DNA of 63,922 nucleotides, filler included, from Globobulimina sp. (Eukaryota): assembly GCA_003354225.1 (NCBI GenBank). It is 22 parts of 22 records of this genome, joined end to end, with 100 filler letters (N's around TTAATTAATTAA, not from the genome) between each part and the next. Parts side by side here need not be neighbours in the genome. Positions count along the whole stretch, not along the records: positions 1 to 2,813 come from PIVH01004775.1; positions 2,914 to 5,725 come from PIVH01004776.1; positions 5,826 to 8,637 come from PIVH01004777.1; positions 8,738 to 11,549 come from PIVH01004778.1; 18 more parts are not named here. One strand, written 5' to 3'. The position numbers and the translations under genes were made by a program. Shown here one piece after another: positions 1-11,649 of the stretch. The notes beneath the pieces were generated by a model, which was given only the letters and a program-made list of their open reading frames with translations, was not told the origin of the DNA and did not search any database. Every line of letters begins with the position of its first letter. The first letter of the stretch is position 1.

Positions 1-517
1 TCTCACTTACTCACAGCCAGAAACATTTGTTTGTTTTATTATATTAATTAAATTATTTTAGAGTTTTGGATTATTTTAAAATATTATATTGATTCACAAG
101 ACAATCGTAATTTGTAATTTTTGTACTGATTACAATCAAGTACACAATGCTTCCGTTTCGCTTGTATCAAATTTGCCCAAATTTATCCCTCTACAAATTC
201 TTTATTTGGTGTACAAATTGTATTGTAATGTATTGATTACCAAATTCAAACAAACAAGAAACAAATTTTTACCATATAAATATGAGTTTCACCATATCCA
301 ACGAGAGATTTTACAACATCGACGAGTCAAAGTGTTGATGAACATGGTTCAACAAATAATCGAACTTTGTATATAAGTGTATTTGTCATTTTGTTTGTTT
401 GGGTTTTTTTTATGAAGATATAAAATAAAGATTTTCACGAAGTGAGCAAGTTTCAGTCTGAGGTTGAGGTGATCCTCTAAAGCAACCAGTGATATATTCT
501 ATATAAAACAAAAAATA

Positions 518-1850
518 ATGTTGTGCCAAATGCAACGAGTAAGACAATCCAATATTGCAACAATCTCCTTAGCCAAAAGATTTTTTGCTGATAAACCAGT
601 AAAACCCGCAAAAAAAGGAATCATTGATCGGCTGAAAGAGGGTGTAGTGATTGGTGATGGTGGTTTTGTCTTTGCGTTGGAAAAAAGAGGTTATGTCAAA
701 GCAGGTCCGTGGACTCCTGAATCAGCCGTAGAATTTCCTTATGCTGTAAAGCAACTTCATCGCGAATTTGCCAGAGCAGGATCTGATGTGATGCAAACAT
801 TCACTTTCTATGCATCGGAGGATAAGTTAGAAAACAGAGGCAATTATGCAGCGCAATCGTTTGGTTCAAAAGATATAAATGAAGGCGCCTGCAAAATAGC
901 GCACGAAGTAGCCACTGAATACAACGCATTGGTCGCCGGCGGAATCAGTCAAACACCCACTTATTTATCCAATATTGGCCAGACTGAAACAAAAAAACAA
1001 TTCAAGGTATTATCCCACATTCCCACTCTCATTGTATATACTTTATATATTACAGAAACAATGTGATGTATTTGGTGCATCGACAGCAAACATAGATTTT
1101 ATGATTGTCGAATATTATGAACACATTGAAGAATGTTTGTGGGCGATAGAGACTGTAAAGGAGGAGATGCCGAACACTCCCATTGCGTCGACATTGTGTA
1201 TTAATGACGAAGGGGATTTACATAATGTACCCACTGGAGATTGCGCATTAAAAATGGCCGAAATGGGAGCAAAAATAATTGGGTTGAATTGTCATTTTGA
1301 TCCCTTTATTACATTAAAAGCGATTGAAAAAATGAAGATTGCATTGGATAGAAATGGTTATTTGTATGATGCGGAGAGTAATGTAAATGGAGTGTTTTTA
1401 ATGACGCAGCCAATCGCATATATGACGCCGGATGCAAATAAACAAGGTTTCATTGATTTGCCTGAGTTCCCGTTTGCATTGGAACCGCGTATTTGTACTC
1501 GATGGGACATCCATAAATATGCCCGCAATGCGTATGATTTGGGTGTAAAATATATTGGGGGTTGCTGTGGATTTGAACCATATCATATTCGAGCTATTGC
1601 GGAAGAATTAGAAAGAGAAAGGTGGCAAAGTGGATTACTTGGCGATGCATCCAAAAAACATGAACGATGGGGAGGTGGATTGGAAATGCACACCAAACCC
1701 TGGGTGCGAGCAAGAGCAAATAGAGCTTATTGGGAAAATATGGAGCCAGCAAGTGGCAGACCACATTGTGCTGCTTTATCAAAGCCCGATGCATGGGGTG
1801 TCACTCAGGGCCATATGGAATTGAACCAAATGAAAGAAAGACATGAATAA
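518..1850 (+). CDS. BHMT: Betaine-homocysteine S-methyltransferase, 2 exons (518-1006, 1056-1850)
   Basis: Motifs [69 protein letters not shown] and [18 protein letters not shown] (Zn-binding Cys). A 49-nt GT-AG intron at 1007-1055 joins the two ORFs in frame. Confidence 0.95.
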
Positions 1851-2094
1851 TAACATGTATATGTACATAAGTTATATCACGACACTAGTCACCTAAGTAC
1901 TGCAATAGCAATTGTCATGACAAAGGTTACTTGGCGTTATGTACTATGGCAGTTTTTTGTTTGTTGAATGGCGACGGCCCGGAATCACAGATGAAGATAT
2001 TTGATAACATTTTAAATGTCATTCACCAATCCTCCAATGAATATATTAGAAAAACGTTAATCATATAATACAAATGCATTAACAGTACTAAATT

Positions 2095-2105
2095 AAAAAA
2101 TAAAA
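2095..2105 (-). terminator. Putative Pol III oligo-T terminator
   Basis: The minus strand reads TTTTATTTTTT about 10 nt after the 3' end of the tRNA-like element. Confidence 0.4.
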
Positions 2106-2115
2106 TTATTAATAG

Positions 2116-2419
2116 TGACTCAGGTGGGAATTAAACCCACATCGATGTGAATTGTGTCAATCAATGTTGTATTTATCATATTGCCCAATATGACTTGGAT
2201 TAAACGGTAGTTCTGTGCCAGTAGCGGTGTTTCATGGTCGTACATCAAATGTACTGCCTCTTACTATCTTTTCCGAGCATCAAAGAACATCACAATAAGG
2301 AATGTGAATACGTATTACAGAACACGTAGGCTTAGAGATGGTTGACATTGATTTGTAGATCGATGACAAGAAACGACTTTACGTCGCAGACACACACTCT
2401 ATGTTTGAGTTACTGAGTC
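2116..2419 (-). ncRNA. tRNA-like RNA gene candidate with a 225-nt structured insert in the anticodon loop
   Basis: On the minus strand: acceptor stem GACTCAG (2419-2413)/CTGAGTC (2123-2117) plus A, D stem ACTC/GAGT, anticodon stem TGTGT (2394-2390)/ACACA (2157-2153), and T arm GTGGG-TTTAATT-CCCAC. The insert spans 2159-2383. Confidence 0.6.
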
Positions 2420-2813
2420 GAGTCATGTTTTTGAAGTGAGGTTCGTGCTCAACATCTATATAAACAACAAAATTATATTATACATTTTCTCATGGGAATG
2501 AATTATTGATTAGTTTCTTTCATAAAAAATACAAATTATTCTAAAGAAACACTTTCTGCGATTTCAGTAAGGACATAACAAATGATATAAAAATTAAGAT
2601 ATTAATCGATTTGTATAGGGATTAATTAGTGCACATATGATAACTGGATGATTTTTTTATAATTCCCTCATGTTAAATGTGTTTATTGATGATGTATTTA
2701 TTTTGCTGTATGTGTAATGATATTTGTAACAGATCAATTAATATGACCATCATACCGTATATACAGATTTATATTTATGTAATTCGCTACCTCAACTCCT
2801 CTTCCACATACAG

Positions 2814-2913
2814 NNNNNNNNNNNNNNNNNNNNNNNNNNNNNNNNNNNNNNNNNNNNTTAATTAATTAANNNNNNNNNNNNNNNNNNNNNNNNNNNNNNN
2901 NNNNNNNNNNNNN
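2814..2913. other. Artificial contig spacer (N44-TTAATTAATTAA-N44), first of 21
   Basis: The same 100-nt spacer recurs about every 2.91 kb. Contigs are 1-2813, 2914-5725, 5826-8637, 8738-11549, 11650-14461, 14562-17373, 17474-20285, 20386-23196, 23297-26107, 26208-29018, 29119-31928, 32029-34838, 34939-37747, 37848-40656, 40757-43565, 43666-46474, 46575-49382, 49483-52290, 52391-55198, 55299-58106, 58207-61014 and 61115-63922. TTAATTAATTAA puts stops in all six frames. Confidence 0.98.
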
Positions 2914-5725
2914 CCAGTCAGATATTGGACGATTATACTAATTTATTGGCACAATGTTACAAAATGATAATTACATCAAATGATAATCGGTTAATAGAAT
3001 TATATGAGAAAATACTGAGCCTCGCACCGAAAATAATTTTAAACGAAAATAACCCGTGGAAGTGGCAAATGTTGAAAATCAGAAACAAAGTATACAATTC
3101 ATGCAAAATAAGATAAAAGCTTTCAGAGAATTAGATTTTGAGCAAATTATTAAAGCGGCTGCAACAAATAAATCAAAAAATAAATATAAGGCATTAAGCG
3201 GCGTTGAATTAGAGAATAAAATTAGTAAAATGCGGCAAAAACGAATTACGAAATACGCGAAACTTAATGATTTGAGTAAAGCGTATAAACAAACTGAATA
3301 TAAGCCGGCGATGGAAATTACACAGCAAAAAAAAGAAAAATGGCAAAGCAAATTTATTAAAATGAAAGAATATACAAAAAAGATTGAATACATTAATGGC
3401 TTTTATAAACACATTAAAGTGGATAAAAATATTGGAGTACTGGCAGTCCGGACCAACAATCTGCGTTTCACCATCAACAACTTATAAACGCAAACAATGA
3501 GGAATACAATAAATGGTTTATTAAATACATAGTTTGTAATAATCAATTGACTGACTTTCAAGTCATAAATATAATGACATCGAATGGGATACCGATTCCT
3601 AAGAAAGATCCATTAGATTTAAGGCCATTGATATTGAATAAAGTAAGGCCATTGAGATCGAGAGTTTGCCAGCAGTTCAACTTAAAAACCAGTACGGAAT
3701 GAATAAAAAGAATGCATTGAGCATAATTGTCCATTCTATGGATAAATTCATTGAATATGCAACACACAAAAACGATCATTATTTTGATACAAAGAAATTA
3801 AATCATTGTCAACCAAATAAAAATTGTGTACCAATCAAATTCAATTTAATGCAAAATAAGAAAGATAATATTAGAAAATGATAAGTTTACATTTGGCGAT
3901 GATGCACATATCAACGATGAGATTATAAATATGCTCTGTTGGGACAATTCTGATTTGGATAATATTAACATTTTGATGAAGGATGATATGGCAAATTTTT
4001 TTAATCGAATTTTAAGGAAACCGTCACTCAAAAATTTGAATATGAGAGCGCCAAATTTTTCTACAATATCGCGTACGTAAATTATAGTGCGCCGACTAAG
4101 GTAATTTTTAACGGAGAAATGCAGGAAATGTCCGATGGATTACACCAAGGAAATACAGTGACGAATATTATTGTCATTGTTAACGAGAGAGATATAATGG
4201 AATTAGTTGGCGATATGGCGGCGAATTAAACTACATTGACGATACAAACAAAGGCGATACAATACGTAAATGCATAATTAATCATTTATTAAAAAAGAAA
4301 ATTGGTATTAAATTTGCTAATAAGTTTAATAATAAAAAAACAGAAATTATATTGACAAATTATAGGAATAAATTGAATGATTCTACCAATCAATATTTCG
4401 CAAATTATAAATTTAAGATTTTGGAGAATTCGGAGTTTGAAATGCTTGGCGTACAACGTGGAAAAGGCAAATATAATAATATGATGAAGAAAAAATTAAA
4501 TAAAATGAATGATAAGATTGATATTATTAAATACATTGAGAGTGACTGGCACAAATATAAATTATTAAATTCATGTGAAAAATTTGAGAATTTGAACTAT
4601 TTTTTACAATGCAACGATAATATACCTGATATCGACGAAAATGGTAAATATGTGATTGGCGAAAACAATGAGTGGATAATTAACGCAGATAAAATACATG
4701 AAAAAATACTTAAGTCCGCAATTAATATACCAATCAATGATGAAACAAAGCAAATTTTTTCAATTGGAAAGGGTTTTGGAGGATTATGCATTCGCAGTAT
4801 TTCTAATTTAATCGCGCCAGCATACATTTCCTGTATCCATAACGTTGTTAAATTGCTATGGAATGATTTGAAAATTGAATTATTATTTGAGACTGACTTA
4901 AAAATTAGAAATAACATTGAAAGAGCAATTGGATGGAATAATTTTAATACAACAAAGAAATTTAATATTGATATAAATGCAGTTTTTCACAATTTAGATA
5001 ATTTGAACGTAAATGCGCACAAAAACGAAGAAAAAGAGTGCGACATTGAGATATTTGAAAGTATGTTAAAATTAGCAAATTTACGAATTGATTTACGAAA
5101 TTGACGTAGACGAAGAAAGAATACGAAAATAATGTTTTATATGATATTAATAGTAAATTTAAAATGAATTCTATGTCGTACGGCATTGAAAGTAAAATAT
5201 ACCATAAAATATTTAATAACGCAAATATTAGAACGAAAATTATGATGAACGCAAGAAGATCGAATAAAACCATGGCATTTTTAAATAATATCATTGGAAT
5301 TGATTGGTTGAATGAGATGTTTATGAATAACAATGATTGGAAATTATTGATTCGGATTTTATACGGATTGCCGTTAATTGATATAAATAAAAAGGTGATT
5401 TGCAACCAATGCCATCAACAGATTAAACACGAACAAATAATTGAACATATAAATAAATGTAGGTTTGGGATAATTTATTTGAAGCGGAATGTGGCAATGT
5501 TACATATGAAACTAAGTCAAGAAAAGTGGGCAAAGCAACGAAAAACCCGATATTTGGATTCATAATAGTATTGAATATGAGAAGGATAAATTTAGCAAAG
5601 TTATGTTGGATGTTATTATCACCGATATTTTTTGCAATGAAAATAAGATAAATACAGAGAATCAAAAAATTACACATTTTATGGCAGGTAAAATTGGAGA
5701 AAAGAGCAAATTAAATAAATACAAA
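2914..5725 (+). mobile_element. Degenerate non-LTR retrotransposon with RT and restriction-like endonuclease (CRE/NeSL/R2-type), frameshifted
   Basis: Read across frames: PIPKKDPLDLRPL, DDMANFFNRI, DGLHQGNTV, NYIDD (about 4230), GGLCIRS, zinc knuckle CNQC-x9-HxxxC, then KPDIWI...MLDV...EKSKLNKY, matching the PD-(D/E)xK RLE tail. Multiple stops and frameshifts. Confidence 0.8.
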
Positions 5726-5825
5726 NNNNNNNNNNNNNNNNNNNNNNNNNNNNNNNNNNNNNNNNNNNNTTAATTAATTAANNNNNNNNNNNNNNNNNNN
5801 NNNNNNNNNNNNNNNNNNNNNNNNN

Positions 5826-6311
5826 AAAATATAAATCAAGTGAACCTCCTTTTTGTTGCCAATCGCTATATTTTATTCTGAGGTAATGTCGCATTTTGCG
5901 TATGGGAAATACAGCATTTTCCTGGTTGATCCAACCAATTCGTATTCCAATATCATCATTTTTTGCAACAGGATTAATATTTAATATTTTTAACTTCCAA
6001 TGATATTTACCAGTGTTTGGTTTTATTAACTTCCTTCCAACAGCAATCGGTTTGATGTATTGTATGTGTGAGCCGTTTCCGTCCAATACATGACAATTTG
6101 CAATTGTATTGTTTAATCCTTCGATATTTATTTCTTTGCTATTTACTGGTATTGCATCGTTAAACTCATCCAAAATAAAACAATAAAATATACAGATAAA
6201 AATAATATCAATTGGCACACATTCATATTCATTGTAATTTGTAAGGAAATATCCTTTTACTAATGATCTTTCAAATTGTCTCAATTCACTTATCATGGTC
6301 ACACGCGACAT
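5826..6311 (-). CDS. Hypothetical protein with an N-terminal LVxGY..P.DI motif and a B30.2/SPRY-like region (3' truncated)
   Basis: LVKGYF...VPIDIIFICIFY followed by GKYHWKLKI...IRIGW...GGSLDLYF, which resembles SPRY beta-strands. Confidence 0.5.
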
Positions 6312-6401
6312 GGTCACACTTCTTATAAAAATAGTCGAAGTCAAGTCACTGAAGTCAGGTTTTTAACAAAAAAAACCGTTTTTATTTGTGGTGCAACGAG
6401 C

Positions 6402-7723
6402 ATGGGAGCTTGCACATCAAATGCCAATATGAAGAAACACTATCATCCACTGAAACAACCTATTGCCAAAGAAAAGTCATCAAATGGTCCACTACGAAGA
6501 GAAGTAAATCCGGATTTTAGAATGGTACTTGTTGCTGCATATATTCATAGCATTCAACGTTTATATGATATAAATGCAACAATACACAACGTACCTCAGT
6601 CAATAACGTTTCTAATAATAGCCTACTATCCAAAGTACACCATATACGGCATAAATGCAACTGATATGGATCAACATTGCATATTTAGGAAATTAAATCA
6701 ATTTGAAAATGCGTTGCTAGACATCAAATATATCCATCCCGGACGTAATAATTTTTTTATAGATAATATCTATAATGAAATACAATCATTTGAAGGATTT
6801 AAATATTCACATAATTGTGGATCAAACCAACAATTCAAAAAAGAGAACCAATTATTTGAAATCCCTAAAATGGAATTAATTCGCAATTCGCATTCGTCAC
6901 AATTGAATAAATGGATACAATCCGGATTTCAACAAATAAAAAAGAAAAAACATAAAAGAATTACAATTAAAATAATACAGATTGAGTGCGGAATCAGTCA
7001 TGTTCTGCTGCTATCATCTCGGGGTTATTGTATATATTAAAAACATGAAAATATAATATGTAAATATATATACTCATATACTTAGGCACTGTGCATGCAA
7101 TGGGCCTCAATCATAACGGAGAATGTGGTATTTCTAAATATCAGGCAAATGTACAACAACCGACATTGATTCAAACATTTGTAAATAAAGGATGTAATAT
7201 AGAGAGTATATCATGCGGCGATTATCACAATTGTTGCGTTGAAGGCAATAGAAATCTAAATTTACTATGGACATTCGGTAAAAATCAATACAAACAATGT
7301 GATGAGAGTAGCAATAACAATGTTGTGTTGATACCTATCGTTCCAAAAAGATTTAAAAATAAACATATAATGAAAGGAAAATGCTGTAAGGATTTTACCA
7401 TTTGTTTGGATGACAATGGATCGTTGATAACATTTGGAAATATAGTAATTGAATATAGTAATTTGGAGCTAATGGAAACGAATTCATACGTTGACGATTT
7501 TTCTGCGGGATATGATCATATTATTATTATCAATGATGAAAAACAAATCTCAATAGTTAAACCTCGAAAAAATGAGCTCGTGTCCACGAGAATTCCATTT
7601 TTTATTGGCGATGATTCATTCGAATCATTCCCGACATTGATGGTCGATGTTAGTTCAACACTTTGTTCTATGATCACTGCTTCACAGCATTCTATCATGA
7701 TTTTTGAATTTACACACAGTTGA
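6402..7723 (+). CDS. RCC1-repeat protein with predicted N-myristoylation, 2 exons (intron 7024-7085)
   Basis: Starts MGACTS. RCC1 motifs IECGISHVLLL, AMGLNHNGECG, ISCGDYHN, TFGKNQYKQC and FSAGYDH. A GT-AG intron restores the frame. Confidence 0.75.
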
Positions 7724-7761
7724 ATAAGAACCCCCAAATTAATTATTTAAGTTTGAAAAAC

Positions 7762-8637
7762 ATGGCATTTACCATATTTATAATGTCTTCTGCTAAAAGC
7801 TTACTCATTTTTGTAATGACTTTAGCTATGTTAAATTGCAGGGCACAGAGAAATCCACCATCTGTAATGTTTGATGATTGTAAAGTGTTAGGCAAATGGG
7901 ATGAATATGCTTTGAATGTTGCCCAATTCCAATCAATTCCTTATTCACAACCACCACTTGAGAATTTAAGATGGGCGCCATCTGTGCAAATATCAAATTA
8001 TAGTGACACAAATAATGTCTGTCAAAATAGTAATTTAATCAATGCAACTTACTATCATTCAAGATGCTATCAACCATTCTATGCTGGTTGGACACCCATT
8101 GGCAATTATCCTCCACAAAGTGAAAATTGTGTTCATCTCGACATATATTCGCCATCATTCGCATCGTCCTCATCTCTTCCTGTTCTGGTATGCATATTCT
8201 ATAACTACTTTTTTATAATTATGCAACCTGTACATTTTGTGTATACACTTTTGTCTTGTAGGTTTATTTTCATGGTGGAAGTTCGTACACTGGTGGCAAT
8301 TTCCAATATGATTTCACTAATTTCTCACATTCAGAACAAATTGTGGTGGTTGTGCCTAACTAGTATGTCAATTAATATATGCACTACAATGACTACATAA
8401 TGCAATCTACACAATTCAACATAGTCGATTGGGATTACTTGGTTTTTTATCATTTGAAGCGTTAACAAATACATCCAATACAGTCCCCAAACAATCAGGA
8501 AATTATGGTTTAATGGATTTAAAATTGTCCCTTATTTGGATCAAACAACATATCACAGCATTTGGTGGCAATCCTAATGATATTACAATCAGTGGTAAAT
8601 CCACCGGCGGCACAGTAGTATTAGCAATGTTGGCAAT
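7762..8637 (+). CDS. Type-B carboxylesterase/lipase, secreted (3' truncated; introns 8188-8261, 8363-8424)
   Basis: Signal peptide, FQSIPYSQPPLENLRWAP, SENCVHLDIYSP, spliced LPVLVYFHGGS and NYRLGLLGFL, GNYGLMD, FGGNPNDITISGKSTGG. Confidence 0.9.
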
Positions 8638-9217
8638 NNNNNNNNNNNNNNNNNNNNNNNNNNNNNNNNNNNNNNNNNNNNTTAATTAATTAANNNNNNN
8701 NNNNNNNNNNNNNNNNNNNNNNNNNNNNNNNNNNNNNATGAAATATAGAATAAAAGTAAAGATTGCAGATGTGGAGAACCGGATTTGTGAGATATTGGTT
8801 TATAAAATTAACCCTCCTTTGACCTATACGCTACTGAATGTCGAATTCGGTTTGGAAGAATATGAGCAACATATTGAAGAGGAGAAACAAGAAACATTGG
8901 CAATGTTTGAATCGTTTAGTTCAAATAAGTTGAAGCATTTAGCAAAAAGTAACACTAAAAAACATTTGGAACTGAGTGATGACGATATTGATTATGAAAA
9001 TGGAAATTGTCCAATTGTTTCAACTATAAATGACAATACAATGAGTCATGTTGCTTTATTGGATGGATTGGTACAATCCTTTGAAAAAAACTGATGAAAA
9101 ATTCTTTTTTCTAACGTCGTATCTTGATCTTACACCAATACGTATTTTTAATTTCATAATATTCTATCCGAGTTAATAGAAAATTAAAATGATATAAGCA
9201 CAATAAGTAAAGAGTTT

Positions 9218-11549
9218 TTGCTTAATATCATGTCTATTTCGCAACTTAAACAGGAGAATAACAGACTTAAAAATAAAGTCCATACACTGGAAAGGAAAAT
9301 ACTTACTTTGAAACTGCAAATACAATCACCACTATCAAATAAAAATGGCACAAATGGCAATATACCACCAAAGAGAAGCAAATCTGTCAAAAATATGACT
9401 AATGTATTAAAAGATAGAACAGCTCCAAAGACAATGATTGCAGTCAACATCAACAGTGCTAAATTCGCATTAATAGCTAAATTGGGAAACACTGATTCAC
9501 AGTCCAATGCATCACAGGATGCTCCAAATAAAGACTCATTATTTAAAAAATATAATTTAATGTTGCGAGTCGGAGTAGATTTATCCGGAGTTACCACTCA
9601 AATGAGAAAAGATAATATGAATCCAAAGTTAATTAATGAATTTAATGTAGCACATGGCCATGGCACCATGTCCACTCTCATCGATTTAACGGACCCCAAG
9701 TTCTCAAAATATACTCGCATGAAAAGATTAAAAATGCCAACTAAAACCATCACAAATAAAATGAAATTGGACGGCTTATCAACTGCAGAAATTGATGCAT
9801 TTCGCGGTAAACCACACAATCAGTCCTCGCAAGACCCATTAGTTATGGCCAAAGACTTAGGATTGCCGTCCAAACCAATCATCCCCAAACCAGTCAACCA
9901 AATGAAACGTGTGCATTGGACGCCTGTGCAATTAAATAAAATCAAATCATCGATATGGAATAATATTGACCATGAATGGTTTGCTTATGATCCAATAATG
10001 TTCGAATCAAACTTTTATGTTCGGAAACGTAAAGAGAAACAGCTCCATATAAATAGCGACATTTGCACAGAAAGTCGTGTCAAAGTCAAAGAACAAGATG
10101 TGCAGTTTGTGGATGTGAAGAGATCGCAAATGGTTCAAATTGGACTGAAATCATTCAATATGAGTCATGCTGAATTACGCGCTGTGATATTGAGCCTAAA
10201 TGACGAGAAGTTAGATGTGGACCATTTAATTGCTTTGGTAGATATTGTGCCAACGTCTGAGGAACAAATACAAGCTGAGAAAGCCTGCAAAGGTCGAGAC
10301 ATTGCGCAGTTTGGCGTCGTTGAGAGGTTCTTTTATTCTCTGTATGACATTATTGAGTTGAAAGAGAGATTAATTAAATGGTTATTTAAGCGGCAGTTTG
10401 GGTCGAAATGTAAGAATTTATTAAAACAAATGGATATTATTAATCAAGCTAAATTGACCATATTCCGCAGTCATAATTTGCGACATATATTGAGCATATT
10501 GTTGGCTTTTGGCAATCATATGAATTATGGAAATAAGAAAGGCAATGCTTATGGGTTTACGTTCGATTCTATTTCGTTACTGCCCCAAATCAAAACTACA
10601 GCCAATGATATGACATTTCCTATGTTTTTATGGGCGTTTCTTGACAGGAAATACCCGCATTTAGCACGCATTTTGCATGAGTTTAAGATCGTGAGTGGTG
10701 CAGCACATATTGATATTGATGCGCTTGAGAAAAAATATAAAAGATTGAAAAATGAGATTGTTGATTTAAATGCAATGATAGCGCGTTATAAGGAGGAATA
10801 TTTTGAAATCATTGATTTTGAGGACAGGTTTTTAAATGAAATGGGTGCTTTTATTGGAATTTGTGAGACAGAGATGTTTGCGTTGAAAGATAAAATGGAT
10901 AAATTGCAGCAATCTGAAAGAGAATTAATTGCATTTTTTGGTTATGATATGGAAGCGGATAAATCTGTATCGCTTCATTCCATTTTTTGTGATGTGAAGG
11001 AGTTCATAAATATGTTATTTGTGTCAAAGAAGAAAGTGTTTGAACTAGAAAAGGAACAAAAAAAGAAAGAAAAAAGATTAGAAAGGAAGTTGATAAGGAA
11101 AAAGAAAAAAAGAGCCAATACATTGCATTTAACACGACAGAGATTTGAAGATTTAGTGGATAAAAATGAGAATGATGAAAAACAGGGAAAACATTATGGG
11201 GAAACAAAAGCAATTGCAACCATTGATTTTTATAACGCGATTAAAAAGAAAGGCAAAGCTCGGAAAAGTAAACATTTTGACAGAACAATCCATTCTTCGT
11301 TTGAATTATTTCAACGTTCACATACAGAAAAGTACAGAAAAAAGAACAAAAATATAGGATTTCGAACAAATTCTGATACTGATGATGTTAAACAGGAACA
11401 TAAAGAAAAAGAAAAGAAGAAACATCGTCGGAAAGTAACACGCGATGATACAGAACTGTCACAATATAAATTTGATTTAATTGATGCAGTGAATAATAAT
11501 ACAGCTACAATGAAAGGGAATGATATATGTTCAGTGCAGATGCTTAGTA
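9218..11549 (+). CDS. Formin (FH2 domain), 3' truncated; 8738-9070 may be an upstream exon
   Basis: FH2 motifs MKRVHWTPV...SSIW, DVKRSQMVQIGL and LAFGNHMNYGNKKGNAYGF, followed by a Lys-rich tail. Confidence 0.9.
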
Positions 11550-11649
11550 NNNNNNNNNNNNNNNNNNNNNNNNNNNNNNNNNNNNNNNNNNNNTTAATTA
11601 ATTAANNNNNNNNNNNNNNNNNNNNNNNNNNNNNNNNNNNNNNNNNNNN

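Noticed and set aside
89-376. This ORF and the many short antisense ORFs overlapping real genes
   Set aside because: They have no motifs and are the expected by-products of six-frame translation.
2159-2383. Group I intron, tmRNA or RNase P/MRP identity for the tRNA-like element
   Set aside because: I found no group I P7 (R/S) core and no G3-U70 pair. The plus-strand ACAGAACACGTAGGCTTA resembles RNase P/MRP CR-V, but no matching CR-I was found.
6296-6360. Repeated CATGGTCACAC/AGTCA motifs as promoter elements
   Set aside because: They are short, and enrichment cannot be tested by eye.
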